A stretch of DNA of 63,759 nucleotides, counting the filler, from Octopus bimaculoides (Eukaryota), in the NCBI RefSeq assembly GCF_001194135.2. It is 11 parts of 9 records of this genome, joined end to end, with 100 filler letters (N's around TTAATTAATTAA, not from the genome) between each part and the next. Parts side by side here need not be neighbours in the genome. Positions count along the whole stretch, not along the records: positions 33,211 to 36,112 come from NC_068985.1; positions 36,213 to 48,199 come from NC_068989.1; positions 48,300 to 53,380 come from NC_068982.1; 8 more parts are not named here. One strand, 5' to 3'. The position numbers and the translations under genes are program-made. Below, piece after piece: positions 36,051 through 50,624 of this stretch. Numbering within the stretch: the first letter of the stretch is position 1; each line of letters starts with the position of its first letter. Under the pieces are notes generated by a model. That model saw only the letters and a program-made list of their open reading frames with translations. It was not told where the DNA came from and made no database searches.

Positions 36051-38087
36051 ATAAATAATCTTAGAAACTTAAGGTGAAAATGAACCACGTGGTCTAAGAT
36101 TCTGAGGCATTANNNNNNNNNNNNNNNNNNNNNNNNNNNNNNNNNNNNNNNNNNNNTTAATTAATTAANNNNNNNNNNNNNNNNNNNNNNNNNNNNNNNN
36201 NNNNNNNNNNNNTATATATATATATATATATATATATACATACATATATAGCATAAATCACAATACACATATTGCATAATATATAATAAAAATACGGGTA
36301 TATATATATACATATATATATTTGCTTGTCTGTGGTTGCGTGCATGTGTGTGTGTGTATATATGTATGAGTGTGTATGCTTTTATATATGTACTTGTGTA
36401 TACACACATGCACACACACATCTTTAAAACGCACATATGCAGAAATAATGGATTTAAAAAAAACACATATACTGAGAAAAGGAAAAGAAACTAAAAAGAG
36501 AAAAACATATAAACGAAATGAAAATAAATTTGAAGAATAACATTAAAAAACTATAAATCAGAATTCTTGTATTTCAAATGTCAGTAAGGTATTTAAAATA
36601 ATATAAAAAGCAAAGAAAACATCGATATATGAAATATACATAAAAATATGGTAATATTCCCAGGTTGAGTAAGATATTCATTGCTTCTTTAAGTTACCAT
36701 TTATACACCAAATTACATATTGATCCTGCGGTGATAATAATAATGATGATAATGAATTCGGTTTTCTTTGCCTATTGACTTTTCGTTTACTTTTTCGTAT
36801 CTGAAAATCGATACTGAACACATGAATTATGTGTAGCTGCGAGTTGACAGAAGCGAGTGCAGCAGCGGATTCAATGTTGCATTATTTATCTTCTGCATTT
36901 CTGCATTTCGAGTTAAAAGGTTCCACTTGAATGGAATTCTATATTTGATCCAGTTTCTTTTCCCCCACCAAACTTTTTTTGTCTTTGTGTGCGTGTATGT
37001 GGGGGGGGGGGCGTTCTGTGACGCTTTCTGAAAATGCAGTACCGGTAAAATACCAAAGTCGCGGCAACCAACTATACACCACTGCCTTCACAATTTGAGT
37101 CACAGCTCTACAAAGAATTAATGTGTTGGTGCATAGTCTAGTGATTAGAGTGTTCGGTTCATGATTATTACAAGCGTCGAGTTTTGACCTTAAGCCAAAC
37201 ACTACATTATTCCGGTTTAATGGAAACCAGCCAACTGCCATGCGCCTCTCTTTCTCTCTCATTCCTCCTCTAGCTGTCACATCCTGGATGTTCCGCCGAA
37301 ACAAGGGTACTTGCTTGTACTGTTGTTTACGCTGTTGTTTTGGCTGTGTGCTTTCCATATATGATTGCATGAGTGCCTGCAATCATATCTTTTACGCAGT
37401 GTTTGCAGTACACCTTGAGATTATATGTTGCTACTACCACTGTTGTTTTTGGTGCTGCTGCAGTTATTCCTGCCGTTGCTGTTGATTATGTGGCTTTTAT
37501 ATTTGCAGTAATCACTACAGTAGCTTCTACTATTGTGGTGGTGTCAGACTATTGCTGTTGTTACGATATCCATAGCTGTGGAGCCCTTATTGTCCACTCT
37601 TTGCTGGGAGCAGAAATCCCTTCGGTGAAGGGTTTGCCGCTACTGACTATTTGTCCATGTTGTACTAGGAAAGTTAACACGGACCAGTGATCGACGTCAC
37701 CATGCATCTCCCCTGATGGTAACCTTTGTGATTCTTTGTTCTAAATATTGTGAGACGAAACGGTTTATGGCTAAATGTGAATCTCCTCCAACGCTGTTTT
37801 CTAGTCATTTCGACCCTCTCACCCAAATATCGTTAGGATGTTTAAGTAGAAACTCCTTGAAATTTCTGGAAAGACCACTTAGTCAGGAGTCGCTTAGCTC
37901 AATGGCACAAAACACTCAACCAGAATCTGAGAGGTATGGGATTCGATTTTTTGCAACCGCCTGTTGGTATCTTTTTACCGTCTTTTAACGGCATATACTC
38001 AATGCTTCTCTGCTGTTCGAAATTTACTTTCTTGTCTGTAAAGTGAAAATAGTAAAAGTATTTATTACAGCACTTGATATCTTTAAT

Positions 38088-38378
38088 CTTTTACTTTTTT
38101 ATTTCTTTCAGTCATTGGATTGCAGTCATGCAGGAGCACAGCTTGAAGTGTTTTAGTCGAACAACGTAACCCCAGTACTCATTAAAAAAAAGGCTTATTC
38201 TATTAGCAGTCAAGTGTTGGGCTAATAAACACAGGTTTCTTTCAATTTCTGTCTGTCAAATCCACTCACAAGATTTTGGTCGGCTCAGGGATATAGTTGA
38301 AGACACTTGTCCAAGGTATCATGTAGTTCAACTGAACCCGAAACCATTGGGAAGCAAACTTCTTATAATACAGCCATG
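38088..38378 (-). mobile_element. SINE family B, internally deleted
   Basis: Tail and head/core match. Confidence 0.75.
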
Positions 38379-39403
38379 CATGTACTTACAAAATGATATT
38401 TTGACCAACGCGTTGGTCGAACCCACGACTTTGAGGTAAAGAGTCTCGTGCTTTACTGACAGAGCTAGCCAGTCTGTTGCTGACAAATGAAATTAGTAAA
38501 CCATAACATAAAATCCAACTTTATATGAGGCTAAAAAAATAGATAGTCCTGCTGAAGAGAATTCATATTTGGCGCTAGAAACATTGAGAGTAACAGCACG
38601 GCAGAAACCGAATACAACCAGTGATAACATTCATTGGTAGATAAGCAAGTTAAAGAAAACAGAAGTAAATATTATCAAGGAATACTCATTCAACATATGT
38701 TAACATCAGCCATTTGTGCACGTTTTCCAAGCTGTACCTAATTTTATTGGATGCATTCCACAAAACAAGAATAATAATTAAAATCATTAACATTCTACCG
38801 TATAACAGTTTACTATTCTTTTTTCTATAGGAATAACATCAAACTGTAGGAAAGACAATGAATCATGTACTGTGTACAAAAGATATGATAAGATAATTTT
38901 CAAGAGTGAAACATTAATTAATTTATAACATTAAATATTGATAACAAAGAGAAATATCAGTTAAAGCCACTGATATCGTGATGTCATATTTTTACCTGAG
39001 CAATATTTCAAAGACTTTGATAAGATAAAATAACACGAACCAGACTCACAGAAAGTGCAGAAGAGTCCTGGTTATCGTCTGAGTTCATCAATAAGATCGC
39101 TCTACTAGTTTCCTTTGGACAAGGTCGAGAGGACAGAAAAACGGTTTTCTGTTGGGTCAAGCCCTCATCAACACCTAGTTAGGTTGGAAAGCAAGGTTAG
39201 TGAAGGAGATGTTGCCTTCTAGTAGATTTGTTAAAAAGTTGTTTAGAGTGGTGAGCATGGGCTGGGTAAGTGGGTCTACACTCACTATTTCATTCGTAAA
39301 TTGAAGAACAGCTTGGAGATGACACCTGTTTTAGGAGTAAGGGTTATCCGATTTCTTCAGGTCGGCCGTTTGATCCAATGTGACTGTTCCTGTACGTTCC
39401 AAG

Positions 39404-39404
<1 letters not shown>

Positions 39405-39495
<91 letters not shown>
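39405..39495. repeat. Perfect (CA)n, ~90 bp
   Basis: Direct reading. Confidence 0.98.
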
Positions 39496-39501
<6 letters not shown>

Positions 39502-39755
39502 TCTATTGTGGTTTTTGGTGCCTGTTTTACATAGTCTATCTCTACTCTCAACATTTGAGTAACTTTTCTTTCTATTGTCACTGATTTATCGTCATTACGA
39601 AAAATGTACCAAAAAGGTTATTATTATCAACATCATCATGGTGGTAGACAGTTAGGCGAATAAACTGTTTTGCTGTATTTAGTTATGTCCGTCTACATCC
39701 TATTGGAATACATTCTGTATGTCATCATTCTGGATTCGATAAAAAAAAAAATCAT

Positions 39756-39966
39756 TTCTAGCAAGAGAACAAGACCTGAAATTTGAGAAAGGAGGTTAGA
39801 CGATTGAATCGACCCCAATTCTTAACAAGTATTTTGTTTTATCAGCAACGGAATAATGAAAATAATAGTTGACCTTAGCGAGATTTGAACTCAGAATGTA
39901 AGAGACGGAGCAAAGACTGCATGGCATTTTGCCCGACGCTCTAACTATTCTAGCAATCCACCGCCC
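39756..39966 (-). mobile_element. SINE family A, diverged
   Basis: Reverse-complement match over full length. Confidence 0.75.
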
Positions 39967-40049
39967 GCACACCAGTAAAATATGGACTATTAAATCAACA
40001 CTACTACTACTACTACTCCTTCCCTCTACCCCCGGCTACGTGGCTTTGT

Positions 40050-40330
40050 ACAAATGTAAGGAAGCATTGTTATCGTTATTGGACACAGGTACATATGTTT
40101 GGCAAATTGCCAGTATATCAGACTTGTTGTTAGTACGCTTTATTTGCTAGCAAGTCGATAATATGAGCTAGCACACATATGTCGATAATATTTGATTGTT
40201 CATTTCCTTGTCTGACGACATGAAAAGCAATTATTTCTTCTCTTATAAACCTTTGTATATGCATCTCTACTGTTGATTTTTCGCTAACACATTTTTCTAC
40301 TTTTCCATAAACATCGTTCAACATATATAT
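40050..40330 (-). mobile_element. Possible decayed LINE AP-endonuclease fragment
   Basis: KRTNNKSDILAICQTYVPVSNND resembles the IIQVYAPT motif; many stops. Confidence 0.3.
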
Positions 40331-41473
40331 TGGTGAGATGATCGAAGTGCTACAACTTTAACATCCTTACTGCAGTTTATTGATTTCCAAAAGGTGTTAT
40401 TGGAATTTAGTAAGGAATAATAATCCACGCTTATATTTTTCACTATAAGTGTAACTAGCGGTAACATGTTGTCTTTACATATATGTAATACAAACATTCT
40501 TCTAAGATGTATGTTTTGTTATTTGTTACATTATGTCGCAGTGGATGTGTACGTAATAGAAGATAAAATCCAGACAAACAACGCCAGCTATTCCATTTCC
40601 TTTCTAACTTGAGATCATTTCAATTAACTTAACTTCACTTCAAGGCACGGGGTAGGCAAGAAGCTGACAGTATATTACATTTATCGTTCTATTGTAGATA
40701 AGAATTATTCAGCTCTATTCTACATTGACATACACGCACATGCGTATGCACGCATACACATGTACATACACATACGACTTCGCATGTAAGAATATATATA
40801 TACATAATCTTATATAAAAAATTTTATATACAATAATTGCAGTGTGCAGCACGGAATTTTGTCAGTGAACAGGTCACGGTCTCAAAGAGACGAAGATATT
40901 TTGGGAAATTAAATTTTGATGTTGAAGTGAATCTAACGGGTTTTGTATGTTTCTTAAATGGCTTATAAACACCTTCCACGCTGCAATTGTTTTCCTTCAA
41001 GCACACGATCTCAGATCAGGTCACTTGCTATGCAAGTACAAGTACATCTATGTGTATATATATATATATATATNNNNNNNNNNNNNNNNNNNNNNNNNNN
41101 NNNNNNNNNNNNNNNNNNNNNNNNNNNNNNNNNNNNNNNNNNNNNNNNNNNNNNNNNNNNNNNNNNNNNNNNNNNNNNNNNNNNNNNNNNNNNNNNNNNN
41201 NNNNNNNNNNNNNNNNNNNNNNNNNNNNNNNNNNNNNNNNNNNNNNNNNNNNNNNNNNNNNNNNNNNNNNNNNNNNNNNNNNNNNNNNNNNNNNNNNNNN
41301 NNNNNNNNNNNNNNNNNNNNNNNNNNNNNNNNNNNNNNNNNNNNNNNNNNNNNNNNNNNNNNNNNNNNNNNNNNNNNNNNNNNNNNNNNNNNNNNNNNNN
41401 NNNNNNNNNNNNNNNNNNNNNNNNNNNNNNNNNNNNNNNNNNNNNNNNNNNNNNNNNNNNNNNNNNNNNNTAT

Positions 41474-41519
<46 letters not shown>

Positions 41520-41560
41520 GGAGGGAGAGAGAAACAGATAGATATTTAGATGCATATATA

Positions 41561-41593
<33 letters not shown>

Positions 41594-42184
41594 GTATGTT
41601 TGTGTGTGTGTGTAAGAATTTAGAAATTTCGTGAGATATGAAGTGAATTATTTTAACAGTGGAGCTCGAAATAAATCTATAAGAGCGTGCAGAATGTGAG
41701 ATTATAATCCTCTTGGATGGAAAAGAAAGTCATAAGCTGTCCGTGGAATGCGAACCTATATCTTCAAGCAATCATACCGATGTAAACATCGTACAGTACT
41801 CGCTGGTGAGAGCAAAGTTTCTCAAGAGGATGGAAAAACTGTATATGGTTGCTTTGTTATCATGGTTACCATGCCTGTTATGTTCACGAAAGACGTGAGT
41901 TCCAGTTTCACAGGCAGCTTTCTACATTTTTTCAAATTCTTTTTTAAAATCCAATATTATACTCCCTGTTATTAAATTTATCTATTTCGAGTTCAATGGT
42001 TAAAAATAATTTAGTGTATATATGTGTGTAGGTATAGGTGTGATGCAATCTCCTATGAACGTCGGCGTATCAGCTGCAATAGTTTGATCAAGAGGACAAC
42101 TGTTTGAAGTAGCAAGTCAAGTGACTCAGTACTCCGCAGATATGTGCTCTTAACGTAATTCCCAAGTAGAATCAGCATAACACA

Positions 42185-42605
42185 GGCGTGGCTGTGTAGT
42201 AACAAGTTTGCTTCCCAACCACACAGCTCCGGGTTCAGTCTCACTGTGTGGCACCTTGGATAAGTGTCTTCTACTATAGCCTCGAGCCGACCAAAGCTTT
42301 GTTAGTAGATTTGGTAGACGGAAACTGAAAGAAGCCCGTCGTATATATATGCATGTACATATCTATGTGGTTGTGTGTGTCTGTGTTTGTGTTTGTTCCC
42401 TATATCACAGCTTGACAACCGGTGTTGGTGTGTTTACGTCCACGTAACTTAGCGGTTCGGCAAAAGTAACCGATATAATAAGTATTAGCCTAAATAAATA
42501 AGTACTGGGATCGATTCGGTCGACTAAAACCCTTCAAGAGGTTTTAGCATGTTTCAGCATGTTCGCAGTCAAATGACCGAAACAAATAAGAGAAAAAGAA
42601 TAAAA
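42185..42605 (+). mobile_element. SINE family B, full length
   Basis: Head GGCGTGGCTGTGTAGTAAC, core, internal microsatellite, tail. Confidence 0.88.
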
Positions 42606-42635
42606 GAACATACACGCACATACACACATATAATT

Positions 42636-42915
42636 AGGATGTCGTGAGTTCGATTCTTTGGCGGGGCTGTGTGTTGTGTTCTTGAGCAAGACACTTTATT
42701 TTATGTTGCTCCTGTTCCTTCAGCCGTAGAAATAAGTTGCGACGTCACTGATGCCAAGTTTTATTGTATCGGTAGTGTGGAGGGGTGAGGCTTGTATGCA
42801 TTGGTGACTGCTGGTCTTCCATAAATAACCTTGCTCGGATTTGTACCTCAGAGGGTAACTTTTTTGGTGCAATTTCATTGTCAATTATGACCGACGGGTT
42901 TCCGTACCTTGCCCC
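42636..42915 (+). mobile_element. tRNA-derived SINE family C
   Basis: B box GAGTTCGATTC, then core CTTGAGCAAGACACTTTATTT.ATGTTGCTCC..CAGCCGTAGAAAT, similar to Nin/Deu-type central domains. Confidence 0.65.
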
Positions 42916-44995
42916 TTTTATGTATATATATATATATATANNNNNNNNNNNNNNNNNNNNNNNNNNNNNNNNNNNNNNNNNNNNNNNNNNNNNNNNNNNN
43001 NNNNNNNNNNNNNNNNNNNNNNNNNNNNNNTATATAGATAGATATAGATATAGGTATATCAAATGGGCTTGTAATTTGCTTGAATGAATGCAGTATGTCA
43101 GTATGTATAGACGAAATAATTATCTGCAAATCTGTTGAGCAAAGAAGCTGAGGATTTAATCAACATATGTAAAGCGAAACAATGAATGAGAACCAAGATA
43201 AAGATTTTGTATCACTTTCCATATGTTGCTCTATAATCCTATTAGACTTCTCTTTGATTCATTTTTCTTCTGGTATTTGAAAAGAGATTTATTCTGAAAT
43301 ATTATAGGATGGAAAGCAACCTGTATAAAGTAATGCAATATGATTATCTTCGTTTACTTTTGTTGCCATTACCTTGTTGCAATTCATCGTTCTTCGCATT
43401 GTTATCTCTCAAAATGTCTCTCAGTAAATGTTCTGGTTTTTCTTTGATTTTGCTTCAGATCCTATCGATGTCAACTGCTTTTCGTAATTTCCGGTATTGA
43501 TACAATAGAATAGACTATGACATTATATTCAACTATGTCACACTCCGAGTAAGAACAGCCTGTATTTCTCAAGCCACACGTTTTGTCTTCAAATATTAAT
43601 CGACATCAGGTGATCAAGGTTCTTATTTTTCTTTGACCTGATCAAATGTATTTATATCCAGAAATTGTACTATACACCAAATTAACGATGTATACATAAC
43701 GCAAGTAGGAGACAATTTATTTTTCTGGTAATTATTTGCAATTAAAAATCGAATTCGGTACAACAATACAGTGAAACAGTCATCAAAACTGCAGTGTTGC
43801 CGCGGCATACGTTGCGTTGCTGTTCCACACTGTGACACAATACCGTCTTCCTCTGTAGTTCTCGCCATTAAATAGACAACAAAGAGAAACATACAGATTT
43901 CTTGGGGGAGGTAAAATAGGTCAGAACTTCATTGGTCACCAACCAAGGTGTTATAGTAATTAAGAACCGATAACATATTGCATTTTCAAAATTTAGTCTA
44001 TGCGTCACCCTCCCGTTAGCCCGCGTAAGTCTTCCATTAAATTTTTCCTTTCCCATTTTTCCAATCCACTCAGTTTGCATTTTGTCTTTTAGGATTGAAA
44101 AAAAAAAAGGGGAGGGGTGTCAAAAGGACTGGCATGTGCAACCTGATCACTTCTGCCAGTTAAACTCCCACCTTATGCGTTCACGTCGCGACACTCATTC
44201 TGCGAAATTAAGTTGCGTGTAAGTAGTCGCTTTTTGAGAGACTGTATTATCCATTTGCATACTTGCCTTTTTTCGATCAAGTCTTTAATAAACTTTCTAT
44301 TATTTTTAAAGACTTTTCATTTCTTTTAAATGTGGCGGTTCGAGAATAGACCCGAATGAAATCGGGTCAAAAAGCTAGTAATGTGCTATATAAGTAAATA
44401 TAGATGTTGAGAGAAGGTAGATACAACGAAGTAAATTTCTACTAGGCATAACCTGCCTTCTAGAATATTTCTTATTAATAGTAAAGTGAGATATAATGTT
44501 GATAACATGAAAGTAACTTAAAATACTAATAAGCATAGATTAATATGGTATTTAAAATAAATTTAACAAAAATTAATAATGTACAACGAGAATATGCCTG
44601 AGTGTGTATACACATTAAACATTTATTGGGATACATATATACTTACATATGATAGTATATGTGTATGTATATATATGTATAGAGTGTTAGGTATTGTGTA
44701 CAGAAATTGAATATTGCGAAAAAAAGTCGTCAGAATTTTGGAAAAAATCTTTCTATTTCCTCATTATTAATAGCGCTTTCGTTCGTTTCTCGAACTTGTC
44801 AAATAGAATTTTGTGAATGTACAAACAGCTTTTTCATTTCTATAAAACCGATGTTTTTTTTTTTTGGTTGTTTAGAAGAAGGGAACATCGTTTTTGTTTT
44901 TTGGGTGAGATTCCATGACAATAAAGATAGGTAGAAATATAGGTAGGTAGATAGGCTGATAGATAAATAGATAGATTGATAAATAGATAGATAGG

Positions 44996-45040
<45 letters not shown>

Positions 45041-45423
45041 GGAGAGAGAGAGAGAGAAGGGTGATCCCTCTTCCTATTCAACGTTAATTTAACTATATAA
45101 TCATTTACCATTTTACTGGAATAGGTTTAAGGATGGTAACCCCTTAAAAAAGTGTAGTGTGATCATCACTGAAAGTCTTTTTGCTTTGTTTCTTTTTTCT
45201 TTCTTCTTCCCTTATCTTTTTTCTTCTTTCTCCTCTTTCCTTCTTTTTTTCTCTTTCTTTCTTTTTCTCCTTTCAGTTATATTTAGAATACAAAATGTGC
45301 TGTCTCCCCTTTTTCTTTAAACATTCAATTTTGGAGAGAATCCCTTGATGTGTGTGTGAGCGTGTGTGTATGCGTGTGTGTGTGTTTGGGAACATGTCCA
45401 TGTTTATACTGTGTAACTTCGAT

Positions 45424-45463
<40 letters not shown>

Positions 45464-45465
45464 TT

Positions 45466-45881
45466 TTTTATTCTTTTACTCTTTTACTTGTTTCAGTCAT
45501 TTGACTGCGGCCATGCTGGAGCACCGCCTTTAGTCGAATCAAATCGACCCCAGGACTTATTCTTTGTAAGCCTAGTACTTATTCTATCGGTCTCTTTTTG
45601 CCGAACCGCTAAGTTACGGAGACCTAAGCACACCAGCATCGGTTGTCAAGCGATGTTGGGGGGACAAACACAGATACACAACATATACACACATACACAT
45701 ATATATATACATACATATATACGACGGGCTTCCTTCAGTTTCCGTCTACCAAATCCACTCACAAGGCTTTGGTCGGCCCGAGGCTATAGTAGAAGACACT
45801 TGCCCAAGGTGCCACGCAGTGGGACTGAACCCGGAACCATGTGGTTCGTAAGCAAGCTACTTACCACACAGCCACTCCTAC
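45466..45881 (-). mobile_element. tRNA-derived CORE-type SINE family B (probably the published octopus OR2 type), full length
   Basis: Head GGCTGTGTGGTAAG / GGTTCAGTCC; core GTGGCACCTTGGGCAAGTGTCTT resembles the MIR CORE (GTGACCTTGGGCAAGT); internal (TA/CA)n; tail CAGTC-AAAT-GACTG hairpin and GTAAAAGA repeats. Confidence 0.88.
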
Positions 45882-46439
45882 GTCTATGTATATATATATA
45901 TATACACTTACATATGATTGTACATACACACACACATATGTTATTAAGTTTGTTAGTTAACAGAGGAGAAAATGGAGAATACATGTTTGCAATTTATGGA
46001 CAAAACCAAATGCGCCAATATATTGATTTTGGATTTAATATTTTTAGCTTAATGACTTCTGACATGAATATTTGAATTATATTCTGCGAAAATGTGGCAG
46101 AGAATAAATATGCGTACATCAGTTCCATCCTAGGTGAATCAGAAAATATATTTTATTTAATTGCCAATCATATCTCAAATGTAATGCTAAGTAAGCAGTG
46201 AATAAATACCTTTGTATATTTGAAGGGAACGGGGGAAAAATTAGACATGAAAGCTGAATAGTTTATAACCTGCTTACAGATAGTCTCAAATAATTTGCTC
46301 AGTATAATATAGGATTGAGTGTGTCTACATAAGAGGTCTACATTTATATAATGAGTGTATTAAGCAGTAGATTATTGAAGGGAATCTGACGAGGAAATAT
46401 ATTCTCTGATGTTCTAATCATCAGTCCTGACCATCGTAG

Positions 46440-46760
46440 CTGACAGATTCTAAACTCCGGTTGTTTGCTTTTTCTAGAACGACACCATTGGCTACCTACT
46501 CATGCCATTTGATGTTAAAGACGGCATTCAGCATTTGTTGATGAAGACATTCCAGGCTTTTGAAGTCCCTAAGATAAAGTGACCATGTTTCACAACTGTA
46601 TAAGGAAATTCAGATGACGGTAGCTTGATTAATGAGCAGTCTTTTTTTCTTTTTGTAGCCAGATCTTTCTACTTTCAGGCTCGTTTTCGACAGTTTTCGG
46701 AATGCTTACTGGGTTGGTGCAATTCTTTGTTTTATATCCTTTCCAGCAACCAACCCTCAA
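46440..46760 (-). mobile_element. Decayed RTE/BovB-like LINE fragment
   Basis: FLYSCETWSLYLRDFKSLECLHQQMLNAVFNIKWHE*VANGVVLEKA, matching LLYGCETWTLY...LE.FHQRCLR.I..I.W.D.V.N..VL. Confidence 0.7.
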
Positions 46761-47428
46761 TATGGCTGGAACTGAGATAAAAAGTGCGGAACACCGAAAC
46801 CCAGAATCGCTCCAGCTGACGACACTCTATCACCATTGCAACCTACCTTTTTGAGATTTGAAGAAAAGTAAATAAATTTAAAGAAAAACATTAAAAAAAA
46901 ACAATATCCAGCAACAACCATTCCCTCTGCCAATTCTTTCTTGCCATCTTTATTTCAGTCATTGGACTGCAGGTATGCTGGGGTACCGTCTTGAAGNNNN
47001 NNNNNNNNNNNNNNNNNNNNNNNNNNNNNNNNNNNNNNNNNNNNNNNNNNNNNNNNNNNNNNNNNNNNNNNNNNNNNNNNNNNNNNNNNNNNNNNNNNNN
47101 NNNNNNNNNNNNNNNNNNNNNNNNNNNNNNNNNNNNNNNNNNNNNNNNNNNNNNNNNNNNNNNNNNNNNNNNNNNNNNNNNNNNNNNNNNNNNNNNGAAA
47201 TAGATAGTAAATGTTTTTATTTTTCATTCCCTTCGAAATTTGTCCCTAATAGTGGTTTGGATTTTGGCTATTCCTTCTAGCGTGTCAGGTATCCTGTGAT
47301 GGATATCTTTTATGTTTTTAAATGTCCACTATTTATATGAGTAATATATAGCCTATTGACTAATTTTTCTACACGCTTGGCCACTGGTAGTAAAAATTTC
47401 TAAAATTTTTCTTACCCAGATATTATTA

Positions 47429-47495
<67 letters not shown>

Positions 47496-47922
47496 GATAT
47501 ATATATAGGTATGTCATATTTTCCGTTGTCTTCTTTTTATTTATTCCTTAATTTTTTACCAATTTGTAGAAATATACTTCGAATGTTTTTGTGCTACTCT
47601 GTCTCTTTCTTTTACTTTGCTTCTCTTAATTTCCTCTTTCTCTCTCTCTCTCTTTCTCTCTGTCTTTCTCTGTTACTCTCCTCCCACTATCACGCGACCC
47701 GTGACAACCTAAGATGGTGTCATTCTTTTTTGCGTTGCCCTCGACCGGACTGGTCATGATTTTTTGTGCCCCTCGCTCTACCCCTCCCGTGTCTATTGTC
47801 CTTTAGGACAGTTTTCATTTCTCCTTCACGTTACCTGCTTTTATCTTGTCTTGCAACTCCAAGGCGTTGTTATGTTGTATGTTATATATATATGTTGTAT
47901 ATGTATGTATGTATGTATGTAT

Positions 47923-47955
<33 letters not shown>

Positions 47956-47960
<5 letters not shown>

Positions 47961-48199
47961 TAGTTTTATTTTTATAACGTGCTTTCACTTCACTACCGAG
48001 CGCAGCTCTGTGCGCCTTGGGTATGTGCTGTGGTTTGCTGTGGTGCTCTTATGTTTACTGTATTGAAAGTGTTTTGCGTAGAATGTGTGCAGTACCCAGT
48101 AGTGCAATTTTCTGTATGTTATATATATTTGTAAGTCCTGGTGTTTTTGTTATGTATTTGTCTGAATATTTTTTTATTATACCTAAGGCACCTACTATG
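47956..48199 (-). mobile_element. R4/Dong-clade element 3' end, same family as 55354-55548
   Basis: IVGALGIIKKYSDKYITKTPGLTNIYNIQKIALLGTAHILRKTLSIQ*; 8 mismatches in ~193 nt versus the other copy; abuts (ATT)n on the plus strand. Confidence 0.87.
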
Positions 48200-48452
48200 N
48201 NNNNNNNNNNNNNNNNNNNNNNNNNNNNNNNNNNNNNNNNNNNTTAATTAATTAANNNNNNNNNNNNNNNNNNNNNNNNNNNNNNNNNNNNNNNNNNNNT
48301 ACCTTTTTGTATTTTATTTCTATAAACAAAATTAATTATTTATTGACGTCGGCCTTGGTTGCATGAAGGAAAGTCTATAATTTGGTTTGGTGTTTCTTTC
48401 TGTTGGCTATATACATATATCGGGGTTGTGCCTAGTCTAGTATAAGATTAAA

Positions 48453-48882
48453 GGCGGTGAGCTGGCAGAAACGTTAGCATGCCGGACGAAATGCTTAGTG
48501 GTATTTCGTCTGTCTTTACGTTATGAGTTCAAATTCCACCGAGGTCAACTTTGCCTTTTATCCATTCGAGATCGATGAATTACGTACCTGTTACACATTC
48601 AGGTCGATGTAATCGACTTCATCCCTTTGTCTATCCTTGTTTATCCCCTCTATGTTTGGCCCCTTGTGGGCAATAAATAAATAAGGAACGTTAGGACGCC
48701 GGGCAAAACGCTTAGCACTATTCCATCTGTTTTTACTTGCTGAGATCAAATTCCCCCGAGGTTGACTTTTCCTTTCATCATTCTAGAATCGATAAATTGA
48801 ATACCAGTTGCGTACTTGGGCCGATCTAATCGACTGACACCCTTTCCAAAAATGTTTGGTCTTGTGTCTAGAGTAGAAAAGA
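48453..48882 (+). mobile_element. Tandem pair of SINE family A copies with different tails
   Basis: 48453-48685 ends ...TTGTGGGCAATAAAT; 48686-48882 lacks the A box and ends ...CTTGTGTCTAGAGTAGAAAAG. Confidence 0.85.
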
Positions 48883-50196
48883 AAAGGATAATGTAATTTG
48901 TATATAGAACAGCATTGGGCTCTAATCCTCATGTCTGATTCGCTACCCTAATAGGAAATATATAGAATGAATTACACAAGTTCAGTTTATGATCTTTGTT
49001 TTCTAGTCTATCATTACATAGGTAAACGTTTCATTCAAGAGAGTTACATAAATTGCACTTTGAAGTAGTAATGATATTCCATCATCAGATTTCATTAAAA
49101 AGAATAAATAACTTGGCGTAGATTACGTCTTATAGGATTCTTCGAATCCGATACGCCACAGGAATATTAAAAATTGGCACCACTACTTTATTCATTAAAC
49201 AACACCATATTAAATAACAGATTCCTGATCAATATAATCTAGAACTCTACACAATATAGTGAATGTATACATTTTACATCTAATATCAAGTAAAAAGTTG
49301 CAATCTTTTTCGTGTTACGCTCATGTAGCGAGTGTGACAGATTTCGTAGATAAAAAAAGGAAAACCATAGTTTTAAGACTTAAAAATAGTTGAAGATTTT
49401 TAATATAAATATGTATGTAGTTGTCCTCAGCAACATAGAATATAATGCATATCTTTTAGCTATGTTTCAGCAATAACGGTTTTTGTACTATTGCTTTTGA
49501 TTGGGCTAAAGCAACCCATAATTTTTATTTTAAAAATGAACAGTGTGGTCATTATTGAATTCTGAGATTTGAAAATGCGTGTATTATAACTTGCATTAAC
49601 ACAGCGATCTGTTCCCTTAACTGAATATAATCTCACAAGAAAGTTTAACTGTACACAATGAAACAATGGTCAGATATATCATTTTGTAGAGGATTCGTAT
49701 GCATTTTCCGTTGAATGTATGAAACCGCAAGTATAAAATTTTAAAATAATTATGTATTATATGCGTACAATAATGATGCAGCAATCGTTGTAATAAGAAC
49801 ATTTACTACAAATACCTGCCCGGCCATATCATAGATTAGAATTAATCCGTAATATTACTGGCTGTTTCATCATTGATATTGATTTGCTGAGGAAAATAAA
49901 TGAGTTTCCTTACTTGCTAGTAAACGTGTATGTGAGTGAGTAGTCTTTCTTATGGTTCATTATACTATAATGACTCGCCAAATGTATATTAAACACTATT
50001 ATTATATCTGCTTGCAGCGTTATCAATAAGCGATGTAAATAAGATGGAGTCTCCATTAAAATACAGGCAGGTACCGTAAGAGCTATCAGGCATCATGTAC
50101 TAAGAAGCACCAAGGATTTGCTTAGTGTGACCAATCCCAATGTAATTATATAGATCGAAAACCTCGATCCGTTTCGATTGTCTTATAAATGATATA

Positions 50197-50624
50197 TGGA
50201 GTGTAACTCCAAAACAGTTACAAAGAATATGGAGACTGGTACAATTTTAAGTTTCCCTTTTAAATCAAAATCTTAATTATACAGCATACTTCGTTGAAAT
50301 AACCGACGCGCATTTCTGTTGCATAGAGTATGTGTCGTCCCTTATGCAACCCGCAATATTATGCTATTCACTCTCATTTAGGAGATTTCCACAACCAGGA
50401 TCACTTCGGATCGCTCTTATGGAAAAAAACCTGACTGAAAGTGCACAGCAAAATATATCAGGTTGCATACGCAGCTGCAGAAACTCTATGCGACAGATAC
50501 ACTTGTCGTACATTTTAAATAACTAATTATGCGTTTTACTTAACTTGACTGAAAAGAAAAATTTACAGAGGTACCAGTTACAAGTCTCCATATTTTTTGT
50601 AATTTCTTGGGCTATATATTCCAG
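50197..50624. mobile_element. Old Tc1/mariner-type MITE
   Basis: Imperfect ~50-bp inverted termini sharing TTACAAA(G/A)AATATGGAGACT (50218-50237 vs 50583-50602), TA at both outer ends. Confidence 0.55.

Noticed and set aside
36830-37990. CpG-containing block with several 80-150 aa ORFs and an AP-1 site (TGAGTCA)
   Set aside because: ORFs overlap low-complexity trinucleotide sequence and match no family I recognise; cannot be supported as gene or promoter.
38549-38590. CTGAAGA...GAAAC hammerhead-like words
   Set aside because: Helices I and II do not pair.
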